Below, piece by piece: positions 59,165 to 64,000 of a DNA stretch of 64,000 nt. How positions within the stretch are numbered: position 1 is the first letter of the stretch; the number at the start of each line of letters is the position of its first letter. Source of the stretch: the human T2T-CHM13v2.0 reference genome, Homo sapiens; NCBI RefSeq assembly GCF_009914755.1, contig NC_060930.1; one strand, written 5' to 3'. The notes beneath the pieces were generated by a model. The model made no database searches, was not told the DNA's origin, and worked only from the letters and a program-made list of their open reading frames with translations. The translations under genes were made by a program, and so were the position numbers.

Positions 59165-59660
59165 TCAGAGGAAAGAATAGCTTGGAAATCAGATAGATCT
59201 TGTTCCAACCTGAGTCAGTAGCTGTGTAATTTTGAAGAAGTGTTAACTTTTTTGAACTTTTCTAAAAAAGGGAAACAAAGTATTTCGTAAGGTTATTGTA
59301 AAAATTAAAAGTGATACAGGAACAGCGAACTAAACACCACATGTTCTCACTCATAATTGGGAGCTGAACAATGAGAACACATGGACACAGGGAAGGGAAC
59401 AACACAAACCTGGGCAGGTTGGGGGGTGAGGGGCAAGGGGAGGGAGAGCATTAGGACAAATACCTAATGCATGCAGAGCTTAAAACTTAGCTGACGGGTT
59501 GATAGGTGCAGCAAACCACCACGGCACATGTATACCTATGTAACAAACCTGCATGTTGTGCACATGTATCCCAGAACTTAAAGTAAAATAAATAAAAAGT
59601 GATAATATGTGAAATATCCAACAGAGAGTGTAGTATTTATGTATCTCAGTAACTATTTAA
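59165..59660 (+). mobile_element. MIR split by an L1PA insertion
   Basis: cttggaaatcagatagatct...tagctgtgtaatttt...taaggttattgtaaaaattaaaa|gataatatgtgaaa. Confidence 0.6.
59317..59594 (+). mobile_element. Short 5'-truncated L1PA8-like 3' end
   Basis: gagagcattaggacaaatacctaatgcatgc...cttaaaac...ggttgataggtgcagcaaaccacc; TSD AAAAGTGATA at 59307 and 59595. Confidence 0.88.
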
Positions 59661-60527
59661 CAACCTGAATATAAACTGTCATCTATCTAATAATTAAGAG
59701 CAAATAATGTCACGTTCCAGGTACTCTGGGAGTACAATGTCTCTCCAAGTTTTCTATGAGTTCTCAAGCAGGCATATATACCCATGATCACCTTATCTAT
59801 AGTTCTGAGTCCTCTCTTTTCTAAAATAATTCAGTTCATGACTCGTGCATCACAGAAATACAACTTATTTTTAAATTTACACACCATATGCATATGTGTA
59901 ACGCTTGCAAAAAAATAAGAACACATAGCAGACTTCAAAATTTAATGAGATGGTGATTTTTTTATTCAAGAAATGTAGGCAAGTTCAATTAAATTTTCGA
60001 TTTGATGAAAGTCCTTGAGCCTGTGATACTCTGCTGTTTTGGTCCTCTCATCACCCACATTCAAATTCTCACCTATTTCTAATTATTGCATGGCTTATTT
60101 ATTAATATTTGCTACAAAGTCTCAGCTTCTATCCTAAAGTTTTAGGCAGATATTTTCTTAAACTATATCTTCATACCAAAAAGAAAGAAAAAATCTTAGC
60201 GAAATTAAGTTAAATTTTGAAAATTGTTATTAATTTCTTTACCATTTAATATCCTCAAAAACAGTTTCATGTCTTAAAAAAAAATTCTACTCACTCATTG
60301 GAAGACAATATCTCACATCCAGTGTGTGCTCAAATATTCATTACAAGTAGTGAAGCAGTAAACTGTTGAGAAGAAGCTTTTACAGACCCCTTAAATCAGA
60401 CCACGTAAGCAAGTGACTGCTTCCAGTCAGGGACCAACTGGCCAACCTTTATGCCTTCAGAAAGATGCCCATGAGCTTTCTCTTCTCATTGTTATTTTTT
60501 TTGTGTGTCTTTTTAATCAGAACACAT

Positions 60528-62930
<2,403 letters not shown>

Positions 62931-63950
62931 AAAACACTTTCAAGAAGGCCACGGAAAGATTTCTTTTCTTACTTTTTTCTCTCCTAATTCTTCCTGAAAC
63001 TCAAAATTTTGAATTTGAAAATAATTGCAAAAGCTACTATTGTTTAATGTAACTTATTTTACATTCTTGTAATTTTAAATATCTATATATTATCTATCTA
63101 TCTATACACATGCAAATGCATATTAAAAAAGTACTCTGAGTTTCTGAGTTCTGGCAAAACTTTCTCAAGACACCAGAATGGGAGTTCTAATAAATGGCCT
63201 CAGTTAGTAGAGAAACAATTCTAGAGAAAGCAGCACAACAGGTAAAAGGCCACCTGTAAGTCACAATGGAAACCAAACAGAATTGTTCTAAAAAAAAAAC
63301 ACACACACACACACAATTTTGCCAAACATTTTTCACTAGCATTTTATAAATGTTGAGATTACAACTAAAAATTGGTCAATCTTTGGAGATATTTGCAAAT
63401 CTTTTCAATGTTGTCTTAGATAATATATGCAATAAGTTTGCTCAAAAGTATTTCTTCAAGTTCTATTTAAATTGTCAGTGAAATAAACGATAGGAAGTCC
63501 CTGCTCAGCTGTGTTGATTTTTTAAGTGCTAAATTAAAACTCTACTATCATTTTTGCCTTATGCTTATTGAGGTCATGAAAAATTGACTGTCATAAAGTA
63601 GAATTTGATTAAAGATAATGAGACAAAATATTTAAATAAATCACATTTTAGGACTACAATATAAAAATTGGTGAAATTAACCTAAAACATATGTACTATT
63701 CAGCATTATCTGAAAAAAAAATCATAAACCAGCAGGATGATTTTCTTCTGTTCCAGGCTCATTGTCTTTTTCCATCACTAATTATATGACAGTAAATTAT
63801 GAATCATGCATAAATCCCACACTGGCTAATTTTTAACAGAAGTTAAATCTGACTGAATTTTCTAACTCCATGCAATTTTAATATCATTGGAAGCAAACTG
63901 GGAGAAAAACATTATGAAAATACATATTTTGGATTCTCCTCTCTCTCTAG

Positions 63951-63986
63951 GTACAGATTCTTCACTCAATGAGCTTTACTCAAAAA
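63951..63986 (+). other. Candidate 36-nt exon (host transcript unidentified)
   Basis: Strong acceptor ttttggattctcctctctctctag|G and possible donor AAA|gtaaga; open in phase 0 (VQILHSMSFTQK) and phase 1 (xTDSSLNELYSK); splice motifs only. Confidence 0.25.
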
Positions 63987-64000
63987 GTAAGAGGGTTAAC

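Overview
AT-rich, CpG-depleted primate (hominoid, most likely human) genomic DNA of intronic or intergenic character. AluY and L1PA2-type insertions fix the lineage. I find no supportable host protein-coding gene, RNA gene, CRISPR array or prokaryotic system. The long ORFs in the track come from L1 ORF2 3' remnants, Alu sequence or (TA/TG)n microsatellites. A large fraction of the window is a layered transposon record: about 14 Alus (J, S and Y), young 5'-truncated L1PA pieces, old L1M and L2 blocks, MIRs, DNA transposons (MER30, MER2, MER6A, MER82, MER5A), MaLR LTRs (MST, MLT1) and a decayed ERV-L provirus with an LTR41-like LTR and recognisable RT/RNase H motifs. The most notable items are: two independent Alu-then-L1 composites each enclosed by a single target-site duplication, one with a possible short 3' transduction; a CpG-dense (GAGC)n tract that resembles an AAV Rep-binding element, next to two hairpins and a 3' splice site; a perfect 25-bp duplication that doubles an octamer motif; and a 56-bp dispersed direct repeat. 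The sequence does not support a new biological system. Repeat subfamily names come from remembered consensus features and need RepeatMasker/Dfam confirmation.
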